64,000 bases of DNA from Pirellulales bacterium. GTDB taxonomy: Bacteria; Planctomycetota; Planctomycetia; Pirellulales; JAICIG01. The notes under the pieces are model-generated. The model was given only the letters and a program-made list of their open reading frames with translations, was not told the origin of the DNA and did not search any database. The position numbers were made by a program, and so were the translations under genes. The stretch covers positions 217,220 to 281,219 of the forward strand of contig JBBDYJ010000031.1 of NCBI GenBank assembly GCA_040901675.1, written 5' to 3'. Within the stretch, counting starts at the first letter, position 1, and each line of letters opens with the position of its first letter. This document shows, piece after piece, positions 20,397-30,429 of the stretch.

Positions 20397-21839
20397 GTGT
20401 ACCCCAAGCTTGCCCAACTCAAGGATGTCGAAGGCCTGCGTGGCCGCCTGGCGGAACTAGGGTTGGAACTGCCGCTCGACGACACGATTCTGACCACGGC
20501 AGAAGGTTCGCCGATGGCCGCCGGCCTGCCAATCGGCGGCTACCGGGTCGGCAACCGCTGGTGCATCCATCCCATGGAAGGTTGGGACGCCAACCGCGAT
20601 GGTTCGCCTTCCCAGCACACCTTGCGGCGTTGGAGCAACTTCGGCCGTAGCGGGGCGAAGCTGATCTGGGGAGGCGAGGCGGCCGCCGTCCAGGAGGATG
20701 GCCGAGCCAACCCTCACCAGACGCTGGCCATGCCGCACAACCGGGCCGGTCTGGCCGCCCTCCACCAGGAGTTGCTGGTCTCGCATCGCGCTCGGTTCGG
20801 TTCGACTGAAGGATTGCTGGTCGGCTTGCAGCTCACCCATTCGGGGCGCTTCGCACGGCCCAATGGCCGCCGACTCGAACCGCGCATCGCTTACCATCAT
20901 CCGCTTCTCGATGAGCGATTCGGCATTGCCCCGGACGACGACGGGCCGATCTGGACCGATGACGGCCTCGAGCGGTTGATCGACCAGTTCGTCGTGGCGG
21001 CTGGACTGGCCCGAGAGGTCGGCTTTCAATTCGTCGACATCAAGGCCTGCCACGGCTACCTGGTGCACGAGTTCCTCAGCGCGTACACGAGGCCGGGTCG
21101 GTTCGGCGGCGACTTTGCCGGCCGGACCCGCCTGCTGCGCGAGACGGTCGGCCGCGTCCGCCAGGCCTACCCGGACCTCATCGTGGGGGTCAGGCTCAGT
21201 GCGTTCGATACCTTGCCCTACCAGCCAGGCCGCGACATGGGCCGGCCGATGCCCTACGACCGCTGGTTGCCGTACCAGTATGCCTTTGGGGTCAATCCGG
21301 TCGATCCGTTGGAGATCGACCTGGCGGAAGCAATCGAGTTGCTGGGGCTGCTGGCGGGAATGGGGGTGGCCGCGGCCAACATCTCCTGCGGCAGCCCTTA
21401 CTATTGCCCCCACATCCAGCGGCCGGCCTTCTTTCCGCCGAGCGACGGCTATCAACCGCCCGAGGATCCGCTGGTCGGGGTCGTACGCCAGATCCAGGCA
21501 GCCCGTCGCATCAAGCAGGCGTTGCCGGACTTGCCGATGGTAGGCACCGGCTACTCGTACTTGCAGGATTACCTGCCTCAGGCGGCCCAGGCGGTGGTCC
21601 GAGCCGGATGGATCGACTCAGTGGGTCTGGGCCGGATGGTGCTCTCGTACCCGGAGTTGCCCGCCGATACCCTCGAATCGGGAGTGGTTGCCCGCAAGCG
21701 GATCTGCCGCACGTTCAGCGACTGCACCACCGCCCCCCGCAACGGTCTCGTGTCGGGTTGTTTTCCACTGGACCCGTACTACAAGGGGTTGCCTGAGGCG
21801 GCCGAGCTAAAGCAAATCAAGCAGCGGCCGGCGCTCTGA
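20397..21839 (+). CDS. NADH:flavin oxidoreductase (Old Yellow Enzyme family)
   Basis: HPMEGWD, LQLTHSGR and KACHGYLVHEFLS motifs; C-terminal CRTFSDC. Confidence 0.88.
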   Translation: MYPKLAQLKDVEGLRGRLAELGLELPLDDTILTTAEGSPMAAGLPIGGYRVGNRWCIHPMEGWDANRDGSPSQHTLRRWSNFGRSGAKLIWGGEAAAVQEDGRANPHQTLAMPHNRAGLAALHQELLVSHRARFGSTEGLLVGLQLTHSGRFARPNGRRLEPRIAYHHPLLDERFGIAPDDDGPIWTDDGLERLIDQFVVAAGLAREVGFQFVDIKACHGYLVHEFLSAYTRPGRFGGDFAGRTRLLRETVGRVRQAYPDLIVGVRLSAFDTLPYQPGRDMGRPMPYDRWLPYQYAFGVNPVDPLEIDLAEAIELLGLLAGMGVAAANISCGSPYYCPHIQRPAFFPPSDGYQPPEDPLVGVVRQIQAARRIKQALPDLPMVGTGYSYLQDYLPQAAQAVVRAGWIDSVGLGRMVLSYPELPADTLESGVVARKRICRTFSDCTTAPRNGLVSGCFPLDPYYKGLPEAAELKQIKQRPAL

Positions 21840-21889
21840 CAATCCCGGCTATGCTTGAGTAGCGTGCGGCCCTACAATTCCGCATCAAG

Positions 21890-24800
21890 ATGGTGCAAGC
21901 GGAAGCGTATCCAGCGGCAGCCGAGAAGCTGACCGCCTTGGCCGGTCGCCTGGAGGGGACCGAAGGCTTCTCCGAGGTGGTCGCCAGCCTGCGAGCCGGG
22001 CACGGGGCCACATTCGACGGAGTCTGGGGGTCTAGCTGCGCGCTGTTGGCCGCCGCCTTGGCACGCCATGCCCCCGGTCCGCTAGTGGTGGTCTTGGCCT
22101 ACCCCAGCCAGGTGGACGATTTCTGCGACGACCTGGCCTTGTTCAGCGAGGCCGACGCCGGCCGCTTTGCCGCCTGGGAGCTCTCCGGCGGGAAGCGGCA
22201 AATGCATGACGAGATGTTTGGCGACCGGCTGCGGCTGCTGAAGTTGCTGGCCGCGGGGAAGCAGCCGCCATTCATCGTTACGTCGATTCAAGCCTTGCTC
22301 GAGGGCGTGCCCGCGCCCGAGTTACTGTCCGGCCTCACCCGGCGGCTGACAACGCTCGATCCGGTCGATATCGACGAGCTGGCCGGCTGGCTTGTTGGGC
22401 AAGGTTTCCACAACACCAGCGCCGTCCAACTGCCGGGGGAATTGTCTCGGAGGGGAGGGATCCTCGACGTGTTCGCCCCCGACTGGCAGCACCCGGTGCG
22501 CATCGAGCTTTTCGGCGACCAGGTCGACTCGATACGCCGCTTCGACGCGGGCAGCCAGCGCAGCCTGGACGCACTGGATGCGATCGAAATCACGGCACTC
22601 GGTCCCTCGGCCGCCGAGGAGGAGCACGTCTGCCGCTATTTGCCGCCGGAAAGCTGGTTCTTGCTGGTCGAACCGTCGCAAGTCGCTCAAGAGGGGCGGC
22701 ACTGGCTCGAAAGCCGCGATCCGCCGAGGCCCCAAGCCACGCTCGACCAAACGTTGCGCCACGTGTACCGCTTCCCCTCGGTGACGGCCAGCAGCCTGGC
22801 CAGGGATTCGATGGAAACCACCTGCCGGCTGAAGATCGAGTCGGTGGAGCGGTTCAGCGGCGACATCGCCAAGGTCAAGGGCGAGCTGGACAGCGCCACG
22901 GTGGGCCAGCAGGTCTTCGTGGTCTGCCCGAACGACGGGGAGGCCAGGCGGCTGGGCGAGGTCTTCGAAGGCACTCGGCTGGCAGCTTCCGGCAAGTTGC
23001 ACTTTCCACTCGGAAGGCTGCACGCGGGGTTTCGGCTCGTCCCCGATCGGCTGGTCCTGGTGAGCAGCAACGAGCTGTTCCATCGCGAAGAGCTCAACCG
23101 GCCTAGCCGGCGCCGGCTGGGCCGCGCCATTGATAGTTTTCTCGAGCTGCGCGAAGGCGATTACGTGGTGCACGTTTCGCACGGCATCGCCCGCTACCGG
23201 GGGTTGGAGCTGCTGGAGCAGGCCGGCCGGGCCGAAGACCATCTGACTCTGGAGTTCGACGGCGGCACCCGGCTTTACGTGCCCGCCTCCCGTATCGAGC
23301 TGGTACAGAAGTACGTGGGCGGGTCCAAGGCCCGGCCCACGCTGGCCAAGATCGGCGGCCGCTCGTGGATCAGGCAGAAACAGGCGGCCGAGGTCGCGGT
23401 GGTCGACATGGCCAGCGAAATGCTCGAGCTGCAGGCGGCCCGCGCCTCGCAGGAGGGGATTCGTTTCCCGCCTGATTCCGACTGGCAGCAGGAGTTCGAC
23501 GCCTCGTTTCCGTACGTGGAAACCCCCGACCAGCTCGCCGGCGTCGCCGCCATCCGGCGCGATATGCAGGAAGCACGCCCCATGGACCGCCTGATCTGCG
23601 GCGACGTGGGGTACGGCAAAACGGAGCTCGCCATGCGGGCCGCCTTCAAAGCGGTCGACAGCGGCTACCAGGTGGGGGTACTGGTGCCCACCACCGTGCT
23701 GGCCGAACAACATGGGCGGACCTTCCGCTCCCGCATGGCCGAATACCCGTTTGGGATCGCCGTTTTGAGCCGTTTCTGTTCGACGGCGCAGCAAAAGAAG
23801 ATCCTCTCCGGCCTGGCGGAGGGGTCGATCGACGTGGTGATCGGCACCCACCGGCTCGTGCAAGGCGATGTCCGGTTCAACAACCTGGGCCTGGTGGTGA
23901 TCGATGAAGAGCAGCGGTTCGGCGTGGAAGTGAAGGAGCGCCTGAAGGCCTTTCGGCACTCGGTCGACGTGCTGACGATGACGGCCACTCCCATCCCCCG
24001 CACGCTGCACATGTCGCTCTTGGGGCTCCGCGACATCTCCAACCTGGAGACTCCGCCAGCCGACCGCCTGGCCATTGAGACGCGGGTGGCCCGCTTCGAT
24101 GACGAGCTGGTCCGCCAGGCCGTGCGCCGCGAACTGGCGCGCAGCGGGCAGGTCTTCTTCGTTCACAACCGGATCCACGACATCCAGCGCGTGGGCTGGC
24201 AGTTGCAACAGCTCGTGCCTGAGGCGCGGATCGGGGTCGGGCATGGCCAGATGCCCGAAGGGCAACTGGAACGGGTGATGCTCGACTTTGTAGGCCACCA
24301 GTTCGACATCCTGCTGTCGACGACCATTGTCGAAAGCGGGCTGGATATTCCGAATGCCAATACCATCTTCATCGACGACGCGGACCAGTATGGCCTGGCC
24401 GAGCTGCACCAGTTGCGCGGCCGCGTCGGCCGTTACAAGCACCGCGCGTACTGCTACCTGCTCTTGAACCCGGACAAGTCGCTGAGCTCGACCGCCGCCA
24501 GGCGGCTGACGGCCATCGAGGAGTTCAGCGACATGGGCGCCGGCTTTGCCATTGCCATGCGCGATTTGGAAATCCGGGGAGCGGGCAATATCCTGGGAAC
24601 CCAGCAAAGCGGCCACATCGCCGCGGTCGGATATGAGCTCTACTGCGACCTGCTGGAGAAGACGGTCCGCCGACTCAAGAACCTCCCACCCAGGGTTTTG
24701 CTCGAGGTCCAGGTCGACCTGCCGGGCGAAGCGTACCTTCCCAAGTGGTACGTGACCGACCTGCGCCAAAAGATCGACCTCTACCGGCGGCTGGCCCGCG

Positions 24801-25123
24801 TTGCAAGCGCCGACGAGCTGGCCGAGTTGAGCTGCGAGCTGGTCGACCGCTTCGGGCCGCGGCCCAAGGTCGTCGAGCGCCTGCTGGCCCGGAGTCACCT
24901 GCGGCTGCTGGCCCAGTCCTGGCAGATTGCCTCGATTCACCTGGAAGACAACTATGTCGTTCTGGGCTACACGGACCGCGGCGCCATCGAGCGTCTGGCC
25001 CGCCTTCGCGGACGCAGCGTGCGGATTGCCGACGGCCAAAGCGCGTATTGCCCGATCGCCAAGGGACTTACCGTTCCCGAAGAGTTGGAGGCGGCGGTCA
25101 AACTACTGTTGCAGCCGGATTAA
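21890..25123 (+). CDS. mfd: Transcription-repair coupling factor
   Basis: CarD-like VVHVSHGIARY, GDVGYGKT, DEEQRFG, TATPIPRT, QLRGRVGR and DLEIRGAGN. Confidence 0.97.
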   Translation: MVQAEAYPAAAEKLTALAGRLEGTEGFSEVVASLRAGHGATFDGVWGSSCALLAAALARHAPGPLVVVLAYPSQVDDFCDDLALFSEADAGRFAAWELSGGKRQMHDEMFGDRLRLLKLLAAGKQPPFIVTSIQALLEGVPAPELLSGLTRRLTTLDPVDIDELAGWLVGQGFHNTSAVQLPGELSRRGGILDVFAPDWQHPVRIELFGDQVDSIRRFDAGSQRSLDALDAIEITALGPSAAEEEHVCRYLPPESWFLLVEPSQVAQEGRHWLESRDPPRPQATLDQTLRHVYRFPSVTASSLARDSMETTCRLKIESVERFSGDIAKVKGELDSATVGQQVFVVCPNDGEARRLGEVFEGTRLAASGKLHFPLGRLHAGFRLVPDRLVLVSSNELFHREELNRPSRRRLGRAIDSFLELREGDYVVHVSHGIARYRGLELLEQAGRAEDHLTLEFDGGTRLYVPASRIELVQKYVGGSKARPTLAKIGGRSWIRQKQAAEVAVVDMASEMLELQAARASQEGIRFPPDSDWQQEFDASFPYVETPDQLAGVAAIRRDMQEARPMDRLICGDVGYGKTELAMRAAFKAVDSGYQVGVLVPTTVLAEQHGRTFRSRMAEYPFGIAVLSRFCSTAQQKKILSGLAEGSIDVVIGTHRLVQGDVRFNNLGLVVIDEEQRFGVEVKERLKAFRHSVDVLTMTATPIPRTLHMSLLGLRDISNLETPPADRLAIETRVARFDDELVRQAVRRELARSGQVFFVHNRIHDIQRVGWQLQQLVPEARIGVGHGQMPEGQLERVMLDFVGHQFDILLSTTIVESGLDIPNANTIFIDDADQYGLAELHQLRGRVGRYKHRAYCYLLLNPDKSLSSTAARRLTAIEEFSDMGAGFAIAMRDLEIRGAGNILGTQQSGHIAAVGYELYCDLLEKTVRRLKNLPPRVLLEVQVDLPGEAYLPKWYVTDLRQKIDLYRRLARVASADELAELSCELVDRFGPRPKVVERLLARSHLRLLAQSWQIASIHLEDNYVVLGYTDRGAIERLARLRGRSVRIADGQSAYCPIAKGLTVPEELEAAVKLLLQPD

Positions 25124-25292
25124 CAGTCCGGCTATACTCCCGCCGCCCGGGAGAATGCCTGCGCGCAGAAAATTGCACGATCCCATCGCGGAGCTGCCGG
25201 CAGTGCGCACTTCAAGGCCCTGCGCCGGATGGACCGGCCGGTGCGCGTGCAGCCGAGCGAGTCTCCCCCACAGTTCGAAGGAACGAGGGTCT

Positions 25293-26615
25293 GTGGCGCG
25301 ACTGTTCTACACCATCCTGTTCGGCATCACCGCCAGCCTGGCCGCGATCCTCTGGCTGAGGCACGGCGTGCCCAGCCGTTGGCTGCACATCTTTGCGGCT
25401 CCCGAAGCGCAAGCTCAGTCGTATCCAGTCGCGGAAGCCGGCCGCCCGCGCCCGACGCCGGACGGCTACGGCGCACCACGCCAGCGCATGGCCGCATCCC
25501 TCGAGGCTGGCACATCCAGCGAGCTGCCGGGAGAGCGAACTTCGGAGGCGGCAGGAGCAACCTCGCCGCCTGCCGTGCAGCAGACGGCCGATGCCGGACG
25601 CGGTGCGGGGACGTCGCTGGATACGACGCGCATCCTGGCCACCGTGGGCAAAGAGGTGATCCTGGCCGGCGACGTGCTTGGCAAGGTGAACGAAGCCCTG
25701 GCCACGCACGCCGGCAAAATGCAGCCGGAACAATTGAAAAGGATCGAGCCCGACCACTGGGAATCGGCCCGGCAACAATTGACCATGCAGGCCGTGGCGG
25801 AGTCGATCGACGTGAAGATGCTGGTGGAGGATGCGCGCAGCCGAATACCTCCGGAGAATATGGAAAAGATCCTGAAAGAGATCGAAGAAGATCTGTTTGA
25901 GAAGAATCAACTGCCCCGACTGATGGCGCACTGGCAGGTCCCGAGCCGAGGCGAGCTGGATGCCAGACTGCGTGAACTTGGCGGCAGCGTGGAGCGCGAG
26001 AAGCGGGCCTACGTCGAGTCGGTCCTGGCCGATCAATGGCTGAGTGAGCAGGTGAAGGGGGTCGAAGAAATCACGCACGGCCAGATGCTCGAATACTACC
26101 AGCTACACCGGGCCGACTTCGAGTACCCCGCCCGGGCGCGGTGGGAGCAGCTCATGGTGCGGTTCTCGAACTATCCCAGCAAGCGGGCGGCCTGGGAGGC
26201 TCTGTCCCAGATGGGCAACCAGGTTTGGGATGGGGCTCCGCTGGCCGACGTCGCCAGGGCGCGCAGCGACGGCCCCACCGCCGCCGATGGGGGCCGGCAC
26301 GGCTGGACGACGCGGGGAAGCCTTGTCTCCACCGTGATCGACGACGCGCTGTTCAATCTGCCCGTTGGCGCATTGAGCGAAATACTCAGCGATGATCGCG
26401 GTTTTCACATCATCCGCGTGATCGAGCGCAAAGACGCCGGCTGCGTAACGTTCGCCGAAGCCCAGGTCGAAATCCGGGAGAAGATCTCGAGCGAGCGGTC
26501 CAGGCAGAAGCGGCGGCAGTACATCGCTCGCTTAAGGGAAAAGACGCCGGTGTGGACCGTCTACGACGCGGGCCGCGGCAATTCGACCGCCTCGGCACAA
26601 TCGCCGCGTCGCTGA
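25293..26615 (+). CDS. Parvulin-type peptidyl-prolyl isomerase (SurA/PrsA-like), N-terminal membrane anchor
   Basis: ARARSDGPTAADGGRHGW, LFNLPVGALSEI and GFHIIRV motifs. Confidence 0.85.
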   Translation: MARLFYTILFGITASLAAILWLRHGVPSRWLHIFAAPEAQAQSYPVAEAGRPRPTPDGYGAPRQRMAASLEAGTSSELPGERTSEAAGATSPPAVQQTADAGRGAGTSLDTTRILATVGKEVILAGDVLGKVNEALATHAGKMQPEQLKRIEPDHWESARQQLTMQAVAESIDVKMLVEDARSRIPPENMEKILKEIEEDLFEKNQLPRLMAHWQVPSRGELDARLRELGGSVEREKRAYVESVLADQWLSEQVKGVEEITHGQMLEYYQLHRADFEYPARARWEQLMVRFSNYPSKRAAWEALSQMGNQVWDGAPLADVARARSDGPTAADGGRHGWTTRGSLVSTVIDDALFNLPVGALSEILSDDRGFHIIRVIERKDAGCVTFAEAQVEIREKISSERSRQKRRQYIARLREKTPVWTVYDAGRGNSTASAQSPRR

Positions 26616-26685
26616 CGGCCGGGGCGCCCACGTTCCGCGGACCCGCGGCTCTGGGGGCGTGCTCAGCTCGCGCACGTTGTCTTCA

Positions 26686-27231
26686 ATGAACAGCCATCCT
26701 CCGACGCGCCGCAACATCGAGCTCAAAGCGCGGATCGGATCGTTGCCGGCCGCCCGGGCCGCCGCCGAGCGGATCGCCACTTCGCGGCTCGACTCGGAGC
26801 GGCAGGTCGATACGTACTTTGGCTGTCCTCATGGACGGCTCAAGCTCCGCCAGCGCGACGGATTCCCCGCGCAGCTCATTTGGTACCTGCGGCCCGACGA
26901 TCGCCAGCCGCGACCCAGCGACTACCACCTGGTCCAGGTCGATCAGCCGGAGCCTCTCAAGCAGGCGTTGGCCGCCGGCCTGGGGATCCGGGTTGTCACC
27001 GAGAAACGGCGAGAAATCTACCTTCACCATCATGTCCGGATCCATCTGGACCAGGTGACCGGACTGGGGGAGTTTCTGGAGTTCGAAGCGGTGCTCGATC
27101 AGGGCGCGGACGAACTCGAATCTCGGGCACTGATCAGCACGCTGGCGCGCCACTTCGCGCTCGATCCAAGTGAGCTAGTGGACTGCTCTTACAGCGACCT
27201 GCTTATTGTCGAGCGGCCCTGGGCCAGCTAA
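26686..27231 (+). CDS. cyaB: Class IV adenylate cyclase / CYTH domain protein
   Basis: NIELKAR, QVDTYF, RLKLR and LDQVTGLGEFLEFE motifs. Confidence 0.85.
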   Translation: MNSHPPTRRNIELKARIGSLPAARAAAERIATSRLDSERQVDTYFGCPHGRLKLRQRDGFPAQLIWYLRPDDRQPRPSDYHLVQVDQPEPLKQALAAGLGIRVVTEKRREIYLHHHVRIHLDQVTGLGEFLEFEAVLDQGADELESRALISTLARHFALDPSELVDCSYSDLLIVERPWAS

Positions 27232-27298
27232 ACTGCCAGCTTACCGACTCGACAGGTGGGTTAAGCCGTTTGGCGCGTCAACAGAAAGGAAGTCCTGG

Positions 27299-28585
27299 AT
27301 GAGTGAACCGGCCAGGCTCAAACTGGGCGAACAAGAGATCGATCTGCCGGTCGTTGTCGGCACGGAAGGCGAAAGGGCCATCGACATCTCGCAGTTGCGC
27401 GCCCGGACCGGCTACGTCACTCTGGACGAGGGATACGTCAACACGGGGGCCACGACCAGCGCCATTACGTACCTGGACGGCGAAGAGGGGGTGCTGCGCT
27501 ACCGGGGCTACCCGATCGAGGTGCTGGCCCAGAAGTGCGACTTTGTCGAGACCAGCTACCTTTTGATCTACGGCGAGCTGCCCACCACCGAGCAACTGGA
27601 CAGCTTTCGCACCTCGCTGCGGCGGCACACCATGCTGCACGAGGACATGAAGTCGTTCTATAACGGCTTTCCCCGCGACGCCCACCCGATGGCCATCCTC
27701 AGCTCGGTCGTGGGGGCGCTGTCCACGTTCTACCAGGATTCGCTCGATCCGCAGTCACCCGAACAGGTCGAGATCTCGATTTATCGGCTGATGGCCAAGC
27801 TGCCCACGATTGCCGCCTTCAGTTACAAGAAGTCGATCGGCCAGCCGTTCATCTACCCCCGCAACGATCTGACCTATTGCCCCAACTTCCTGCAGATGAT
27901 GTTCGCCGTCCCCAGCGAGCCGTACGAGATCGATCCCGATTTTGTCGAGGCCTTGAACCTGCTCTTGATCGTGCACGCCGACCACGAACAGAACTGCAGC
28001 ACCTCCACGGTGCGGATGGTCGGCTCCAGCAATGCCAACCTCTTCGCCTCGATCTCGGCCGGCATCTGCGCCCTTTGGGGACCCTTGCACGGCGGGGCCA
28101 ACCAGGCCTGCGTCGAAATGCTCGAGGCCATTCGCGCCGACGGAGGCGGCGTCAAGAAGTACGTCGAGATGGCCAAGGACAAGAACAGCCACTTCCGCCT
28201 GATGGGCTTCGGCCATCGCGTTTACAAGAACTACGACCCTCGCGCCACCATCATCAAGAGCACCTGCGATCGCCTGGTCAAGAAGCTTAAGATCAAGGAC
28301 CCCATCTTCGACATCGCCCAGGAGTTGGAAGCCGCGGCCCTGTCCGATCCCTACTTCATCGAACGCAAGCTCTACCCGAACGTCGATTTCTATTCGGGCA
28401 TCATCTACCGCGCCATGGGCATCCCCGTGCAGATGTTCACCGTCCTGTTCGCCATCGGCCGGCTGCCCGGCTGGATCGCCCATTGGAAAGAAATGCACCA
28501 GTCGCCCACCCGGCGCATCGCCCGCCCGCGGCAGATTTACACCGGGCGGATCAAGCGCGATTTCATCAGCCGCGACAAGCGCTAA
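27299..28585 (+). CDS. gltA: Citrate synthase (type II)
   Basis: HADHEQNCST, GPLHGGAN, MGFGHRVYK and YPNVDFYSG motifs. Confidence 0.97.
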   Translation: MSEPARLKLGEQEIDLPVVVGTEGERAIDISQLRARTGYVTLDEGYVNTGATTSAITYLDGEEGVLRYRGYPIEVLAQKCDFVETSYLLIYGELPTTEQLDSFRTSLRRHTMLHEDMKSFYNGFPRDAHPMAILSSVVGALSTFYQDSLDPQSPEQVEISIYRLMAKLPTIAAFSYKKSIGQPFIYPRNDLTYCPNFLQMMFAVPSEPYEIDPDFVEALNLLLIVHADHEQNCSTSTVRMVGSSNANLFASISAGICALWGPLHGGANQACVEMLEAIRADGGGVKKYVEMAKDKNSHFRLMGFGHRVYKNYDPRATIIKSTCDRLVKKLKIKDPIFDIAQELEAAALSDPYFIERKLYPNVDFYSGIIYRAMGIPVQMFTVLFAIGRLPGWIAHWKEMHQSPTRRIARPRQIYTGRIKRDFISRDKR

Positions 28586-28743
28586 GGAATGACCGAAAAA
28601 TAACTTCGACAGATTCGAGCGACCTGGGTGGCTGGGGCAAAGCGATAAGCGTGCCCCAGTTGCAATGTGAGGAAGTTGTTTTTCGGCCGATCCTAAGCCG
28701 ACCCTGCAGCGCCCTGGACCGCGACTCAACTTCCAAAACAACC

Positions 28744-29709
28744 ATGCAATTGCGCCCGCTCGGCACAACCGGAATCCAGGTCACGCCCATCGCCCTGGGT
28801 TGTTGGCCGATCGCGGGCATGACGAGCCTCGGCGTCAACGAAGCCGACAGCCTGGCAACCATCGAGGCCTGTTTCGACCTGGGGATCAGTTTTCTCGACA
28901 CGGCCTTTTGCTATGGCCGCGACGGCCAGAGCGAGCGCCTGATCGCCCGCGCGATGAAGGGCCGGCGATCCGAGATGGTCATCGCCACCAAGGGAGGCAT
29001 CCACTGGGACGAGGCCGGCAAGCAGGCCAAGGACGGGCGTCCCGCGACGTTGCGCCGCCAGTGCGAGGAAAGCCTGCGGCGGCTGGAAACCGACTATGTC
29101 GACCTGCTCTACCTGCACGCCCCCGACCCCCAAGTGCCCCTGGCCGACTCAGCCGGCGCGCTCAAGGAATTGTTGGACCAGGGCAAGACCCTTTCCGTCG
29201 GCCTGTCGAACGCCACGGTCGACCAGCTCGACGAGTTCGCCGCCGTCTGCCCGCTGGCCGCCTTCCAGCCCCATTACAACATGCTGCAGCGCGAGATCGC
29301 GTCCGACACGCTCCCCTGGTGCCGGGAAAGAAGCGTCGCGGTGATAGTCTATTGGCCGCTGATGAAGGGACTCTTGGCGGGCAAGCTCGCGCGCGACTAT
29401 GTTTTCGCGCCCGGCGACGGCCGGGCCAAGTATCCGATGTTCCAGGGCCAGGAGTGGCAGAAGAACCAGGACCTGCTCGACGAGCTGCGCGCCATCGCCC
29501 GCGACTGCGGGCGCTCGGTGGCCCAGTTGGTCATCAATTGGACGATCCACCAGCCCGGCATTACCGCGGCCCTGTGCGGCGCCAAGCGGCCCGATCAGAT
29601 TCGCGAGAACGCACAGGCGGCCGGCTGGCGGCTGACCCCGGACCAGATCGAGCGGATCGACGGGGCGCTCGTCCGTCGAGGAACACCGGTTTCTCGCAGC
29701 GCCGTCTAG
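28744..29709 (+). CDS. Aldo/keto reductase
   Basis: LDTAFCYG, IATKGG, SLRRLETDYVDLLYLH and GLSN motifs. Confidence 0.93.
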   Translation: MQLRPLGTTGIQVTPIALGCWPIAGMTSLGVNEADSLATIEACFDLGISFLDTAFCYGRDGQSERLIARAMKGRRSEMVIATKGGIHWDEAGKQAKDGRPATLRRQCEESLRRLETDYVDLLYLHAPDPQVPLADSAGALKELLDQGKTLSVGLSNATVDQLDEFAAVCPLAAFQPHYNMLQREIASDTLPWCRERSVAVIVYWPLMKGLLAGKLARDYVFAPGDGRAKYPMFQGQEWQKNQDLLDELRAIARDCGRSVAQLVINWTIHQPGITAALCGAKRPDQIRENAQAAGWRLTPDQIERIDGALVRRGTPVSRSAV

Positions 29710-29752
29710 CCGTGCCCGCGCGCAAGCGCGCCTGCCCCAGGACTCGTGACTC

Positions 29753-29831
29753 GTGACTAAAGTCCTGGTAACCGCCTTCGAGCGCCGCCTTCGAGCCTTA
29801 CGACCGCTGGCCGGCCAATTCCAGTTGGCTG
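29753..29831 (+). pseudogene. Relic 5' end of a pyroglutamyl-peptidase gene
   Basis: GTG-TKVLVTAFE-[13-nt insertion]-PYDRWPANSSWL; 50/57 nt identical to 30435-30491. Confidence 0.8.
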
Positions 29832-29929
29832 GATCGAGGCGGCCCTGGCCCGGCGCGGTACAAGTTTGCCCAGCACCTGCTACAATTTAGGTGGGTTCTC
29901 CAAGTCTCCGGCCACAGATTAGGTGCGCC

Positions 29930-30169
29930 ATGGTCAAGCTGATCGTCGACGAAGCTTTGGGAAGGGAGCTAAACAGCGTCCAAGGCCCGGTGGCACTCTG
30001 TGATCCATCTGGCCGCGTGTTGGGCCACTTCGTTCCGCTCAGCACATTACGGGAGCAGCAACAGGCCATGGACGAATGCCCATACACGGAAGCCGAACTA
30101 GAGCGGCTGGAGCGCCAGACGGGCGGCCGCACCTTGGCCGAGATTTGGAAGAGCTTAGGGAGAGCATGA
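29930..30169 (+). CDS. Putative antitoxin (79 aa)
   Basis: Small ORF coupled by ATGA overlap to a RelE-like gene; TGcTACAAT extended -10 at 29878-29886. Confidence 0.6.
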   Translation: MVKLIVDEALGRELNSVQGPVALCDPSGRVLGHFVPLSTLREQQQAMDECPYTEAELERLERQTGGRTLAEIWKSLGRA

Positions 30170-30429
30170 AATATACGGTCGTCTGGCGACCCGTGGCCGA
30201 AGCCGAGCTTGCCGAATTGTGGAGTACGGCCACGGCTCGCGATGCAATCGCAATTGCGGCCGACGATATTGATGCCATGCTGGCAAGGGATCCGCTCTCC
30301 TGCGGTGAATCGCGTCGAGCATCAACTCGCATTCTGGTCGTTGCGCCTCTCGCTGCCTTGTACAGCGTGAGCGAAGACGATCAACTGGTGGCCGTGTTGG
30401 CGGTGTGGCGTTGGGGTCGAGCTCCATGA
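30166..30429 (+). CDS. RelE/ParE-like toxin (87 aa)
   Basis: MKYTVVWRPVAEAELAELW...DPLSCGESR...VLAVW pattern typical of the RelE/ParE fold. Confidence 0.7.
   Translation: MKYTVVWRPVAEAELAELWSTATARDAIAIAADDIDAMLARDPLSCGESRRASTRILVVAPLAALYSVSEDDQLVAVLAVWRWGRAP

Noticed and set aside
17985..20417. 810-aa minus-strand ORF
   Set aside because: Antisense shadow of the PcrA/UvrD gene; long shadow frames are expected at high GC.
22322..25039. 905-aa minus-strand ORF
   Set aside because: Antisense shadow of mfd with no recognisable motifs.
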